Translations under genes and position numbers: made by a program
Shown: positions 1 to 7,112 of the stretch, piece by piece
How the letters are laid out: the number at the start of each line of letters is the position of its first letter
How positions within the stretch are numbered: position 1 is the stretch's first letter
From: a virus
Lineage: Duplodnaviria > Caudoviricetes
Virus record (IMG/VR): IMGVR_UViG_3300045978_000161
Location: 1 to 58,222 of that record
Strand: one strand, 5' to 3'
DNA length: 58,222 nt
Notes under the pieces: model-generated
What the model saw: the letters and a program-made list of their open reading frames with translations, nothing else
Databases searched by the model: none
What the model was told of the DNA's origin: nothing

Positions 1-12
1 ATCCGAATTACC
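1..12. repeat. 12-bp terminal direct repeat (left copy); candidate cos site or assembly overlap
   Basis: ATCCGAATTACC at 1-12 is identical to 58211-58222. Confidence 0.9.
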
Positions 13-195
13 CGCAGGATCATCAAGTTACGGAAGAACCTACCCCCCCCTGACGTGAGCTGTGGCCGCGCCTGGTGCTGCGCGAAAAGCCTTTGGTGGA
101 AGGCCTTTTCTCATTCATCGAACAACACAAAGGCATGGTGCGCTTCGTATTCCCATAGATAGGACGCTGTAGATAGGGCATAGCAGGGCCACCCC

Positions 196-969
196 TCATT
201 TAATCCGGGCATTCAAGACAGCGACCCTCAGCCTCTCCCGGAAGCGATCGGGGAAAACGGCGCTGAAAGTCGACTGGGCCAGGGCCGCACCATCGAATCG
301 CTTCCGATATCGGGGTGCGTTGCGCACTACGATATAGACCATCCTGATGGCTGATCCGCTGCCGAAAGATGTGCGTTGAAAAATCGCCTTCGGTAGATGC
401 GAGCCGCGTGTACCGCCTTTCCCTCCGCCACCCATGAAATAAACACCGCGCTTCGATGCATCCTTCTTCCGTGACCGTCGGGCCCGACTCTCAGGAGTCG
501 ATCGGTTCAAAGGGTCACGTGAGGCCTGCAGATCCGACAGCAACGCATTCACGACACCACCAGGGACGTTGCCGAATGCATCCAGCGGAAAGCCCTTCGC
601 AGGGACCAGGAACTCATTGCCATCCAGAAGGCCCGCCCGGCGCAGGAGAAATTCGATGGGCTTCTCCTCTCGCGCGCCGGCGCGGGCCTGCGTCGCCAGG
701 TAGCGAGCCGGCGGCGTTCCGTCTCCTGCCTCGTCGCGCAGGAAAACCTCTGCGACCAGGTTGCTTTTGGTCGCCTTCTTGAACAGCACGGAATTCAGCG
801 TGAATGGCGTCGGCTGCTCGAACACCTGCGGGACCGCCTGCTTCCATGCGTCGCGCACCGCGAACATTGCATCGTTCAACGCCTGCATGGTCGCGAACGG
901 CAGCTGCGTCTCCTCCAGATCCGAAAACTTTCGGACCAGCGCGCTGTCGTCCCATTCGAGCTTCCACAT
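196..969 (-). CDS. Phage morphogenesis protein, putative lambda gpZ-like tail completion protein
   Basis: 257 aa, basic; QLPFATMQALN...PTPFTLNS pattern typical of genes next to cos in gpA-terminase phages; no gpZ equivalent in the neck gene block. Confidence 0.5.
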   Translation of the reverse strand: MWKLEWDDSALVRKFSDLEETQLPFATMQALNDAMFAVRDAWKQAVPQVFEQPTPFTLNSVLFKKATKSNLVAEVFLRDEAGDGTPPARYLATQARAGAREEKPIEFLLRRAGLLDGNEFLVPAKGFPLDAFGNVPGGVVNALLSDLQASRDPLNRSTPESRARRSRKKDASKRGVYFMGGGGKGGTRGSHLPKAIFQRTSFGSGSAIRMVYIVVRNAPRYRKRFDGAALAQSTFSAVFPDRFRERLRVAVLNARIK

Positions 970-978
970 GGCCGGTGC

Positions 979-1704
979 CTACTGCACGCCGAGTCCGGTG
1001 TTGGCCGCCGGCTTCGGGTTCACGGTGAGCGTGACGCCGGCGGTGCGGTTCACCGATCCCGTGATCGTCTTGCTGAGACGCGGGAGCGCGAGATCCGACT
1101 CCGCACCGTTCGCGTTGATCGCGGTCGCGGTGAACCAGTGCGTGCCGAGTGGCAGCTGGGTCCATGCGTAGCTCGTCGCGTTTCGATCGTTAATCAAGCG
1201 CGACTCCTCGCCGGCGCCGTTCACGTCATTCGCGCGGTATACACGAAACTGCAGGAGGCATGGCCCTGTCGCGGTTTGCGAGGTGCAACGCGCGAGTGCC
1301 GAACCATCGGTGTTGGTGGTCGGCGGCGTCCAGCTCACGGTAGCCGTTGTGTCGCCGGGCCACGCGCAGTTGAGCGACAGCTGATATGTGCCCGACGTCG
1401 TGATCGCCGGAAGATCGAGCGTGCCGCTCGCCGGCTTCTGTCCTGTCCAGCTCGCATGGCCGCTCGCGGTGCAGCTGTTGGCCGCGGGTGTCGTCGACCA
1501 GGTGAGCCGCGTCGACAACGAGCCGTTCGCATTCGTGACGCTCGCGCCGAAGGTGACCGATGGATCGGTCTGCGCCATTGCCATCGGTGCGACGAATAGC
1601 ATCAGCAGCAAGAGCAGCAACGATAGGCCGACGACTTTCAAAGCGGAGCAGAGGTGCTGGCCGAAGTGGACCAGCTGTCGGGCATTGAGACCTGCGGATT
1701 GCAT
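979..1704 (-). CDS. Secreted fibronectin type III / Ig-like protein
   Basis: ATG 1704 after GAGGAG; signal peptide ending AMA-Q; ATVSWTPPTTNTDGS...FRVY...WFTATAINANGAES FnIII pattern. Confidence 0.75.
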   Translation of the reverse strand: MQSAGLNARQLVHFGQHLCSALKVVGLSLLLLLLMLFVAPMAMAQTDPSVTFGASVTNANGSLSTRLTWSTTPAANSCTASGHASWTGQKPASGTLDLPAITTSGTYQLSLNCAWPGDTTATVSWTPPTTNTDGSALARCTSQTATGPCLLQFRVYRANDVNGAGEESRLINDRNATSYAWTQLPLGTHWFTATAINANGAESDLALPRLSKTITGSVNRTAGVTLTVNPKPAANTGLGVQ

Positions 1705-1744
1705 GTGGAATCTCCTCAAGTTGTGGGGATCGCATCGAAATCTT

Positions 1745-1770
1745 CGCCCGCACCTTCCGTGGCACGGGCG
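1745..1770 (-). promoter_or_regulatory. Leader hairpin with C-ACGGAA-G loop (candidate CsrA/RsmA site)
   Basis: Minus strand CGCCCGTGCC-ACGGAA-GGTGCGGGCG, 10-bp stem with 2 G-U pairs; fits CANGGANG. Confidence 0.55.
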
Positions 1771-1883
1771 CCGATCGCTGGACGCGCGTGTCTGGGAGGA
1801 CGAGTGCGCGAGCTGCTTCCCGGCGACCTTGCGCTGGGGAACGCTCGGCAACCTGGGCGCGCGGAGTGTAAGCACAGCCGGCA

Positions 1884-2174
1884 TCAGTTCGCTGACCCCG
1901 CTGTCCGGGCCGTCGCCAGCGAGATTCGGTGGCACTCGGCATGGAGCTGATCGAGAAACTTCGCGCGCCGGTCGGCGGCGTCCGGCATCTGCTCGAGCCG
2001 CAGGAGCAGGATCACGACCGCGGCCGCGCCTGAGGTGTACGACTCGTACATGCGCGCGCGGGTGAAATCATCCTCCGGCACGTATGGCGGTATCGTGAGC
2101 CGGGCATACATCTGCCAGCCCTCCTCAATCGAGTAGGACTCGATGGCGCGCGGCGCCGCGGCCGCGGTGTCCAT
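1884..2174 (-). CDS. Hypothetical protein
   Basis: 96 aa from ATG 2174, overlapping the upstream stop codon. Confidence 0.65.
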   Translation of the reverse strand: MDTAAAAPRAIESYSIEEGWQMYARLTIPPYVPEDDFTRARMYESYTSGAAAVVILLLRLEQMPDAADRRAKFLDQLHAECHRISLATARTAGSAN

Positions 2175-2527
2175 CAGGCAGCTCCAGCCAGCTCGCGCTG
2201 GCGGTCGATCATCGTGAGCACGCCGGCGGAGTAGTGATGCACGCGATCGAGCTTGTTCCAGTACTCGCGCCGGGTAATCTTCACGCCGGCGATGAACTCC
2301 GCCTCGCGCTGCTTCTGCTGCGCGATCTGCGAGCTCGTGTAGTGCACGACCGCGGTGGCGAACAGATCGAACGGCAGCTTGGAGAGCGCGAACCGATACG
2401 GATCCTCGCTGCACTGCTCGAGATCCTGGAAGCGTCGCATGGTCGTCGTGTCGTGCACCGCGCCGTGCCGTTCCAGGAATTCTTTCCCCCAGGATCGCAC
2501 CGCGGCCTTGCCCGCCTCATCGTTCAT
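2174..2527 (-). CDS. Hypothetical protein
   Basis: 117 aa, GGAG SD, coupled to neighbours. Confidence 0.7.
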   Translation of the reverse strand: MNDEAGKAAVRSWGKEFLERHGAVHDTTTMRRFQDLEQCSEDPYRFALSKLPFDLFATAVVHYTSSQIAQQKQREAEFIAGVKITRREYWNKLDRVHHYSAGVLTMIDRQRELAGAA

Positions 2528-3287
2528 TGTCGTTGTCTCCGGATGGTTTCAGGATGCCGCTGGTCATCAGCCGCAAGATCGAATCGCACATGAGACGCTC
2601 CGCCGCCTCGCTGATCGAGTTGCCGTAGAAGCCCGACGCGACGAGCAGCTCTAACTTCTCGCGCACCCGCGGCCCGGGCTTGAACATGACGCGCCCACTC
2701 CACCGATCGGCGAGCTGCTCGAAGCTCGTGACCGGCAGCCGATCGTCGATGATGCCGCGCGCTGCGAGCGGATCTGCGAGCACCGTGGTCTTGCCGACTG
2801 CGGCGTGCTTCTCGACGAGCACGTGCGGCTCTGCGGCCGGCGTCGGCGGCGCAGGTTTTGGCGCGGGCGCTGATTTGGCTTTCAGCGGCGGCAGCTTACG
2901 GCAGGCGGCGCAACGTGAAAAATTGCGCCCCGGTCCAGAGCGCAAGTAGTGAGATCGTGGGTGCTCCATTTGGCATCGCGAGCAGGCGACCATCGGTTCA
3001 GCGTGCTCGGTGCCGCCCACGGGTTTCGGCGGATCCTTCTGTCGGGGCGCCGGCGCGGGCGGTGCGGAGTCGCTCGTGCGCTTCGATTGTGCCGGCGGCG
3101 TGCCCGGCAGCGAATAGGTGTCTCCCTGGTCCATCACGATCTGCTTCGTGTGGACCAGGAGGCGCAGTGTCTCGCGGATCAGCGCGCTGTTCATGACGCC
3201 GGCGTTCTGAATGTCCTCGATCGAGCACCGGCCCTCGTTGGCCTTCAGCACGTCGATGATCTTGTTGCCGTGCGTCTGGTAGTTCAC
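2517..3287 (-). CDS. Putative DNA-binding regulator (wHTH-like N-terminus, CxxC-CxxC zinc finger, RHH-like C-terminus)
   Basis: GTG 3287 overlaps the VRR-NUC stop; CSRC...CAAC; Pro-rich linkers. Confidence 0.5.
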   Translation of the reverse strand: MNYQTHGNKIIDVLKANEGRCSIEDIQNAGVMNSALIRETLRLLVHTKQIVMDQGDTYSLPGTPPAQSKRTSDSAPPAPAPRQKDPPKPVGGTEHAEPMVACSRCQMEHPRSHYLRSGPGRNFSRCAACRKLPPLKAKSAPAPKPAPPTPAAEPHVLVEKHAAVGKTTVLADPLAARGIIDDRLPVTSFEQLADRWSGRVMFKPGPRVREKLELLVASGFYGNSISEAAERLMCDSILRLMTSGILKPSGDNDNER

Positions 3288-3814
3288 CGGATGCCGTCCT
3301 GCAGGTAGGTGTTGTCGCGGAAAGATCCGTCGGCGATCGCGCCGCTCATGTCCATGTACGCGCGCACGGCCTGGATCATTTCGAGCGCGCCCTTGCAGAT
3401 CTCCGCGTGATAGCCCCAACGTCGCAGGTCATCGCGCCACGTGGTCTGTTCCGCCTTCGGCGTCTCGCCTTCTCGCTTTGCTTCGAGATAAAGACCATGA
3501 AACCGACCGGAGGGAGTGTGGATCACGTAGTCGGGGAAGCCGGGCTTCATGCCGATCGACACCATGACCGCGGTCATCGCTCCCGCCTTGCCGCGCTCAT
3601 TCGGGATCTTCGCGAGCCGGCGGAAGATGGTCTCGCCCTGGAAGGTCACGAGCTGGGTCCACGCGATGAAGGTCCGACACTCGTCGGTCTCCAGCGGCGG
3701 TGCCGGATGCTGTGCCTTCCGCCGGCCCTGCTGCGTCGAGTGCGCAGCGTGCCGTTTCAACGGCGGGCGGTTGAGAGCGTCGAGATCTGCCTGGGTCATG
3801 CGCCGGCGTTTCAT
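3284..3814 (-). CDS. VRR-NUC domain nuclease (resolvase-like)
   Basis: IPNE...GMKPGFPD...GLYLEAK...EQ..W...L...GY motifs. Confidence 0.85.
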   Translation of the reverse strand: MKRRRMTQADLDALNRPPLKRHAAHSTQQGRRKAQHPAPPLETDECRTFIAWTQLVTFQGETIFRRLAKIPNERGKAGAMTAVMVSIGMKPGFPDYVIHTPSGRFHGLYLEAKREGETPKAEQTTWRDDLRRWGYHAEICKGALEMIQAVRAYMDMSGAIADGSFRDNTYLQDGIR

Positions 3815-3987
3815 CGCAGGTAGATGTACCCGATCGAGAAGCCGGCGAGCGCGACCAGGATGCAGTGGGCCACGAGCCCGGAGATCAGCCAGCGCATGTG
3901 GCCCTCGCGCAGCTGCATGAACGCGCCGATGGCCGCGGTCCCGTGGAACGCGATCACCAGGCCGAGCGTTATCTTGACGATGAGCAT
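3811..3987 (-). CDS. Small two-TM membrane protein
   Basis: 58 aa, GGGAGG SD before ATG 3987, two hydrophobic segments. Confidence 0.6.
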   Translation of the reverse strand: MLIVKITLGLVIAFHGTAAIGAFMQLREGHMRWLISGLVAHCILVALAGFSIGYIYLR

Positions 3988-4029
3988 GTTCGATCCTCCC
4001 CAGTTGGCCGGTGCATCCCCACAGCTCAT

Positions 4030-4380
4030 GCCCAGCTTTTCCACCTGATATCCACAGCCTCAAAAAGATTCGCGCGCGCGCGTCCGGATCCAGAGGTGCC
4101 AATCCGAAGTGCTACACGAGGCGTTCCAAATCCGCTGGGAGCTACCACTCCAGAGTGCAGATTTTCAGAGCGGAGGCGCACGGGTCCCTACCCACTCATG
4201 TGGCCGGACCTCGTGCGCCTGCCGGATCTGTTCAGACCCCCGTCGCATCAACGCAGCCGTCTCACCTGTTGCGGTGACGACTACCTGGTTCGCGGACAAC
4301 ACCGCGGGGCGCCGGGTCCAAGTACCCTCCGGCTCGCTTTCGCCCCAGGCCTGGCCCTCCCCGCCAGGCACTTCACTCCT
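4030..4380. other. Structured non-coding region; candidate replication origin and/or ncRNA
   Basis: No convincing ORF; stems at 4174-4220 and 4349-4369; two 1-mismatch DnaA-box-like 9-mers (4037-4045, 4048-4056); (CG)6 at 4071-4082. Confidence 0.4.
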
Positions 4381-4482
4381 AGCGAGATAAACGCTGCTGG
4401 CCGGACAGGGACCGACCGTGGTGACAGTTGGACCAGCAACGGCCGCGCGCGAACGCGCGGCGCAGGAAATATGCGGCCGGGC

Positions 4483-4911
4483 TCATGAGTTGAGCCCCTG
4501 GGCCTTCAATGTGGCAACGATATGCACGGACACCCGCCCTTCATGCGTGCGCTCGTGCATCACCAAGCCGTGCACCTCGTCGGGATGCTGCTCGAGCAGC
4601 TCCAGGACGACGCGCAGCTGCGCGAGCGCGCGGATCCGCATGTCGTCGCTGCGCGGCGCGCGCACGGTCATGTCGAAGCGTGGATCGGCCAGCGCGGCGA
4701 TCTGCGATGCCGTGACCAGCGGGTTCTCGATGAGTGGCTTCAGCAGCTCCGCGATCGCCGCGCTTGACCAGTGCACCGCGCTCACACCTTCGCAGGCGCG
4801 TATATCGACATCGAGCTGTCGCAGGGCGGTGCAGATGGCCTGCAGGCGGCCGAGAAGGGTGTCGGCCGCGGCCAATGCCACGGGCCCGTCTGCGGGCGTC
4901 TCAGGCGCCAT
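4483..4911 (-). CDS. Hypothetical protein with short TerS-like segment
   Basis: About 142 aa (start 4911 or 4920); DEVHGLVMHERT-HEG resembles TerS DLMHGLVVQVRTAHEG. Confidence 0.6.
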   Translation of the reverse strand: MAPETPADGPVALAAADTLLGRLQAICTALRQLDVDIRACEGVSAVHWSSAAIAELLKPLIENPLVTASQIAALADPRFDMTVRAPRSDDMRIRALAQLRVVLELLEQHPDEVHGLVMHERTHEGRVSVHIVATLKAQGLNS

Positions 4912-5137
4912 GCGGGGCATCCAGAGCGGGGACTTCGGTGGATCCACGTGGAACCAGGCGAAGGGCGTTGCGCGCACTGCGCGTCGCCGCCAGCTCCAGG
5001 GCCGACGGCGTGACGGGCGCACCGCACTGACAGCACTCCTCGCCCGGCTCGCCGATGGCCTGCTGATTCGGCGAGCAGCACCGGCAGTAATTGCCGGGCT
5101 GCTGGTAGGCGAGCGGTGGCGCGTCAACGTCCGCCAA
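4901..5137 (-). CDS. Small Cys-rich zinc-binding protein
   Basis: CRCC...CCQC; TTG start at 5137 inferred. Confidence 0.5.
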   Translation of the reverse strand: MADVDAPPLAYQQPGNYCRCCSPNQQAIGEPGEECCQCGAPVTPSALELAATRSARNALRLVPRGSTEVPALDAPHGA

Positions 5138-5363
5138 TGATCTTCTCCACGGTCGCGCGGTTGCGCTGCAGGACGTCCAGGATGGCGCGCGCCCCACTGC
5201 CCTCGATCGAGCCGTTGATCACGATGGTGATGGGCGCGGCCACGGGCGCGACCTTGGCGGGCAGCGCGGCCGCGGGGACTGAGAGCTCCGGCGCCGCGGC
5301 GCCGACGAGTGGCAGGGCCGCAGGTGCGGCGACGAGGCCACCGAGAAGCTGGCGACGGTTCAT
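5124..5363 (-). CDS. Twin-Arg leader peptide fused to a tape-measure C-terminus mimic
   Basis: MNRRQLL leader; last 24 aa are 11/24 identical, ungapped, to the last 24 aa of the tape measure. Confidence 0.8.
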   Translation of the reverse strand: MNRRQLLGGLVAAPAALPLVGAAAPELSVPAAALPAKVAPVAAPITIVINGSIEGSGARAILDVLQRNRATVEKIIGGR

Positions 5364-5584
5364 GCGTACACCTCGCGCGCGAGAAGTTCGTAGGGCATCT
5401 GCAGGCTTTCCGCGATCTGCCGAATCATCGTCGTGACGAATGCCGAGTAGGCTTCGGCGTTTTCGTAGGCGTCGAGATCGGCGAGCCGCTGGAGCAGCGC
5501 CGGCGAACCAGGCGAGGGCGCGAGCATCTGCGCCGGTGCGGTGGCGCCGGCGATCGCACCGAGGATCAGTTCGCGGCGGTTCAT
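5360..5584 (-). CDS. Twin-Arg leader peptide fused to a portal-segment mimic
   Basis: MNRRELI leader; YSAFVTTMIRQIAESLQMPYELL is 8/23 identical, ungapped, to portal YDPFFMAVCRQIGAALEIPLDEL. Confidence 0.75.
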   Translation of the reverse strand: MNRRELILGAIAGATAPAQMLAPSPGSPALLQRLADLDAYENAEAYSAFVTTMIRQIAESLQMPYELLAREVYA

Positions 5585-5811
5585 GGCAGTTCCACCGTCT
5601 GCGTGGCGCCCGGCACCACGGCGCCGAAGCCCAGGCGGCTGCAGCGGATGTTCTTGCCGGGGTTATCGAACATCGCCGCGTGCAACGTCACGCGATCGTT
5701 GGCCTCGTGTACCGCGAGCTGCTGGCCCTGCACCACCGTCATCGGTGCCTGCGCGAGCGCGATGTGGCGCGCGTCCAGGCCTGCGGCCGCGGCCTTCTCG
5801 TAACGATTCAT
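5581..5811 (-). CDS. Hypothetical protein
   Basis: 76 aa, ATGA-coupled at both ends. Confidence 0.65.
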   Translation of the reverse strand: MNRYEKAAAAGLDARHIALAQAPMTVVQGQQLAVHEANDRVTLHAAMFDNPGKNIRCSRLGFGAVVPGATQTVELP

Positions 5812-5981
5812 GCCACTGGCACCGGGGCCGCTGCCGAACGACCCCGGGCCTTGTCTGCAGACTTATGACTTCGGACATCCCGTGCTTGGCCGTCGGCCGG
5901 GATGTGAGCCTTGCGGCTCGACCTGATCAGCCGGTGCGCATGGCGGCACACCTGATACACGCTGCAGCGCCCGCGGATCAT
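5808..5981 (-). CDS. Possible small basic ORF overlapping structured RNA
   Basis: 57 aa, ATGA overlaps at both ends, atypical composition, three hairpins inside. Confidence 0.35.
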   Translation of the reverse strand: MIRGRCSVYQVCRHAHRLIRSSRKAHIPADGQARDVRSHKSADKARGRSAAAPVPVA

Positions 5982-6292
5982 TCGCGCCTTCCCGCGGGAA
6001 ACCCTTCTTGGGGCACGGCATCTGGCCCCTGTGCGCAAGGGTTAGATTCTTTCGCGGCGCGCTGCTTTGCGAGCGCCGCCTGTAGTTTGGGCCAATCGGC
6101 CTGGCGCACGTAGCAGATGCGTGCGGCGTGGTCGATCTCGAAGCGCTGCGCGCGAGGTTCGCGCGGATGGCCTGGCGCGACCGGGATCATGGTGAAGTCG
6201 GCGAGCGTCGGATCCGGTGCCTTGACCACCGCGGCGGGTTCCTCCGCGGGGACAATGCTCGCCGCGATCGCGGCCCGGATCAGGTGGTTCAC
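5978..6292 (-). CDS. Hypothetical protein with tail-tip-like motif
   Basis: 104 aa; KAPDPTLADFTMIPVAPGHP resembles tail-tip KPRSAALEDFDVPVAEEDRP. Confidence 0.7.
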   Translation of the reverse strand: MNHLIRAAIAASIVPAEEPAAVVKAPDPTLADFTMIPVAPGHPREPRAQRFEIDHAARICYVRQADWPKLQAALAKQRAAKESNPCAQGPDAVPQEGFPAGRRE

Positions 6293-6375
6293 TTCTTGGC
6301 CTTTGACGCGAGCAGAAGCGACACACCAAGCACCAGCAGGATGTAGGCGAGGTTGATCCAGCCGTCGCGTGTCAT
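6289..6375 (-). CDS. 28-aa hydrophobic peptide mimicking the tail-tip N-terminal helix
   Basis: MTRDGWINLAYILLVLGVSLLLASKAKK; start overlaps the cro stop, stop overlaps the next start; 9/21 identical, ungapped, to tail-tip residues 20-40. Confidence 0.7.
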   Translation of the reverse strand: MTRDGWINLAYILLVLGVSLLLASKAKK

Positions 6376-6677
6376 GGTGCGCCGAGTCCGTAGATGTCGG
6401 GCCGCAGATGCCGGCGCGTCACGGCCATGTCCGTGAGGATCTCGACGTGGCTCCAGTAGCGCTCGTCGATGAATTGGCCTTCGCTCACCCACCAGGCGAT
6501 CGCCTGCACGGTGACGGGTCGCTCGCCGGCGGACTCCATGCGCGTGCGCAGCCGGCGCGCGAATTCGGCCTGCGAGCCGCACGCCGTAAAGGCGCGGCGC
6601 AGGGCAATTCTTACCTGCTCCTGCGCCTGGTCGAGATTCACACCGGGGAAGATCTTCTGGTTTTCGGCCAGTGCCAT
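6372..6677 (-). CDS. Cro/YdaS-like HTH transcriptional regulator
   Basis: GSQAEFARRL...VTVQAIAWW...VTRRHLRPDIY; first gene at a divergent promoter region. Confidence 0.85.
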   Translation of the reverse strand: MALAENQKIFPGVNLDQAQEQVRIALRRAFTACGSQAEFARRLRTRMESAGERPVTVQAIAWWVSEGQFIDERYWSHVEILTDMAVTRRHLRPDIYGLGAP

Positions 6678-6679
6678 GT

Positions 6680-6850
6680 GCAGCTTTTACACCTGAGCCC
6701 GCAACAGACTCAAGGCGCACCTGTGAAATTCTTTCCGCGCCGCGTTGCAAGTAGGTATTGACAGGCCCCTCCGACAGCGAATCCCTGCCCCTATTTTCAA
6801 TTGTCAAGGCGCGTGGTAAATATCGGGCATGTTGCAGAGTGCGCACAGGT
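6680..6850. promoter_or_regulatory. Divergent promoter region
   Basis: AT-richer gap between divergent operons; TTGACA on + (6758-6763) and on - (6807-6802); TTGAGT-18-TAAAAG just before the cro ATG. Confidence 0.55.
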
Positions 6851-7026
6851 CGATGCTCCTGAAGCTCGCGCGGAATCACGCGATCGAGCTGCGCGGCCGT
6901 CTGTCAGTGGCGCGTCAAGTTCTCGGCCCGGCGCACCCCAAAGTCGGCGAGATCAAGAGCGAGCTGCTGCTCGCGGTCGATGCTGTGCGCACTCTGTACA
7001 CTGAACCCGAAAGGGTGGCCGCGTGA
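6829..7026 (+). CDS. Hypothetical protein
   Basis: Short ORF, first gene of the rightward operon; start uncertain. Confidence 0.45.
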   Translation: MLQSAHRSMLLKLARNHAIELRGRLSVARQVLGPAHPKVGEIKSELLLAVDAVRTLYTEPERVAA

Positions 7027-7053
7027 ACGATCCACGCCTCGCGGCTCGTTGAT

Positions 7054-7089
7054 GGCCCGCCGGCGGATCTGGGGATCTGTCGGCGGGCC
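7054..7089 (+). promoter_or_regulatory. 16-bp RNA hairpin in intergenic leader
   Basis: GGCCCGCCGGCGGATC-TGGG-GATCTGTCGGCGGGCC; two G-U pairs work only on the + strand; no U tract. Confidence 0.6.
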
Positions 7090-7112
7090 CCTGACGTAGA
7101 ACAACACGAAAC

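Noticed and set aside
5581-5811. Possible mimic of the head decoration protein N-terminus (MTV...V.EAN.R...T..AA)
   Set aside because: Needs two gaps and gives few identities; cannot be distinguished from chance by eye. Worth including in the statistical test.
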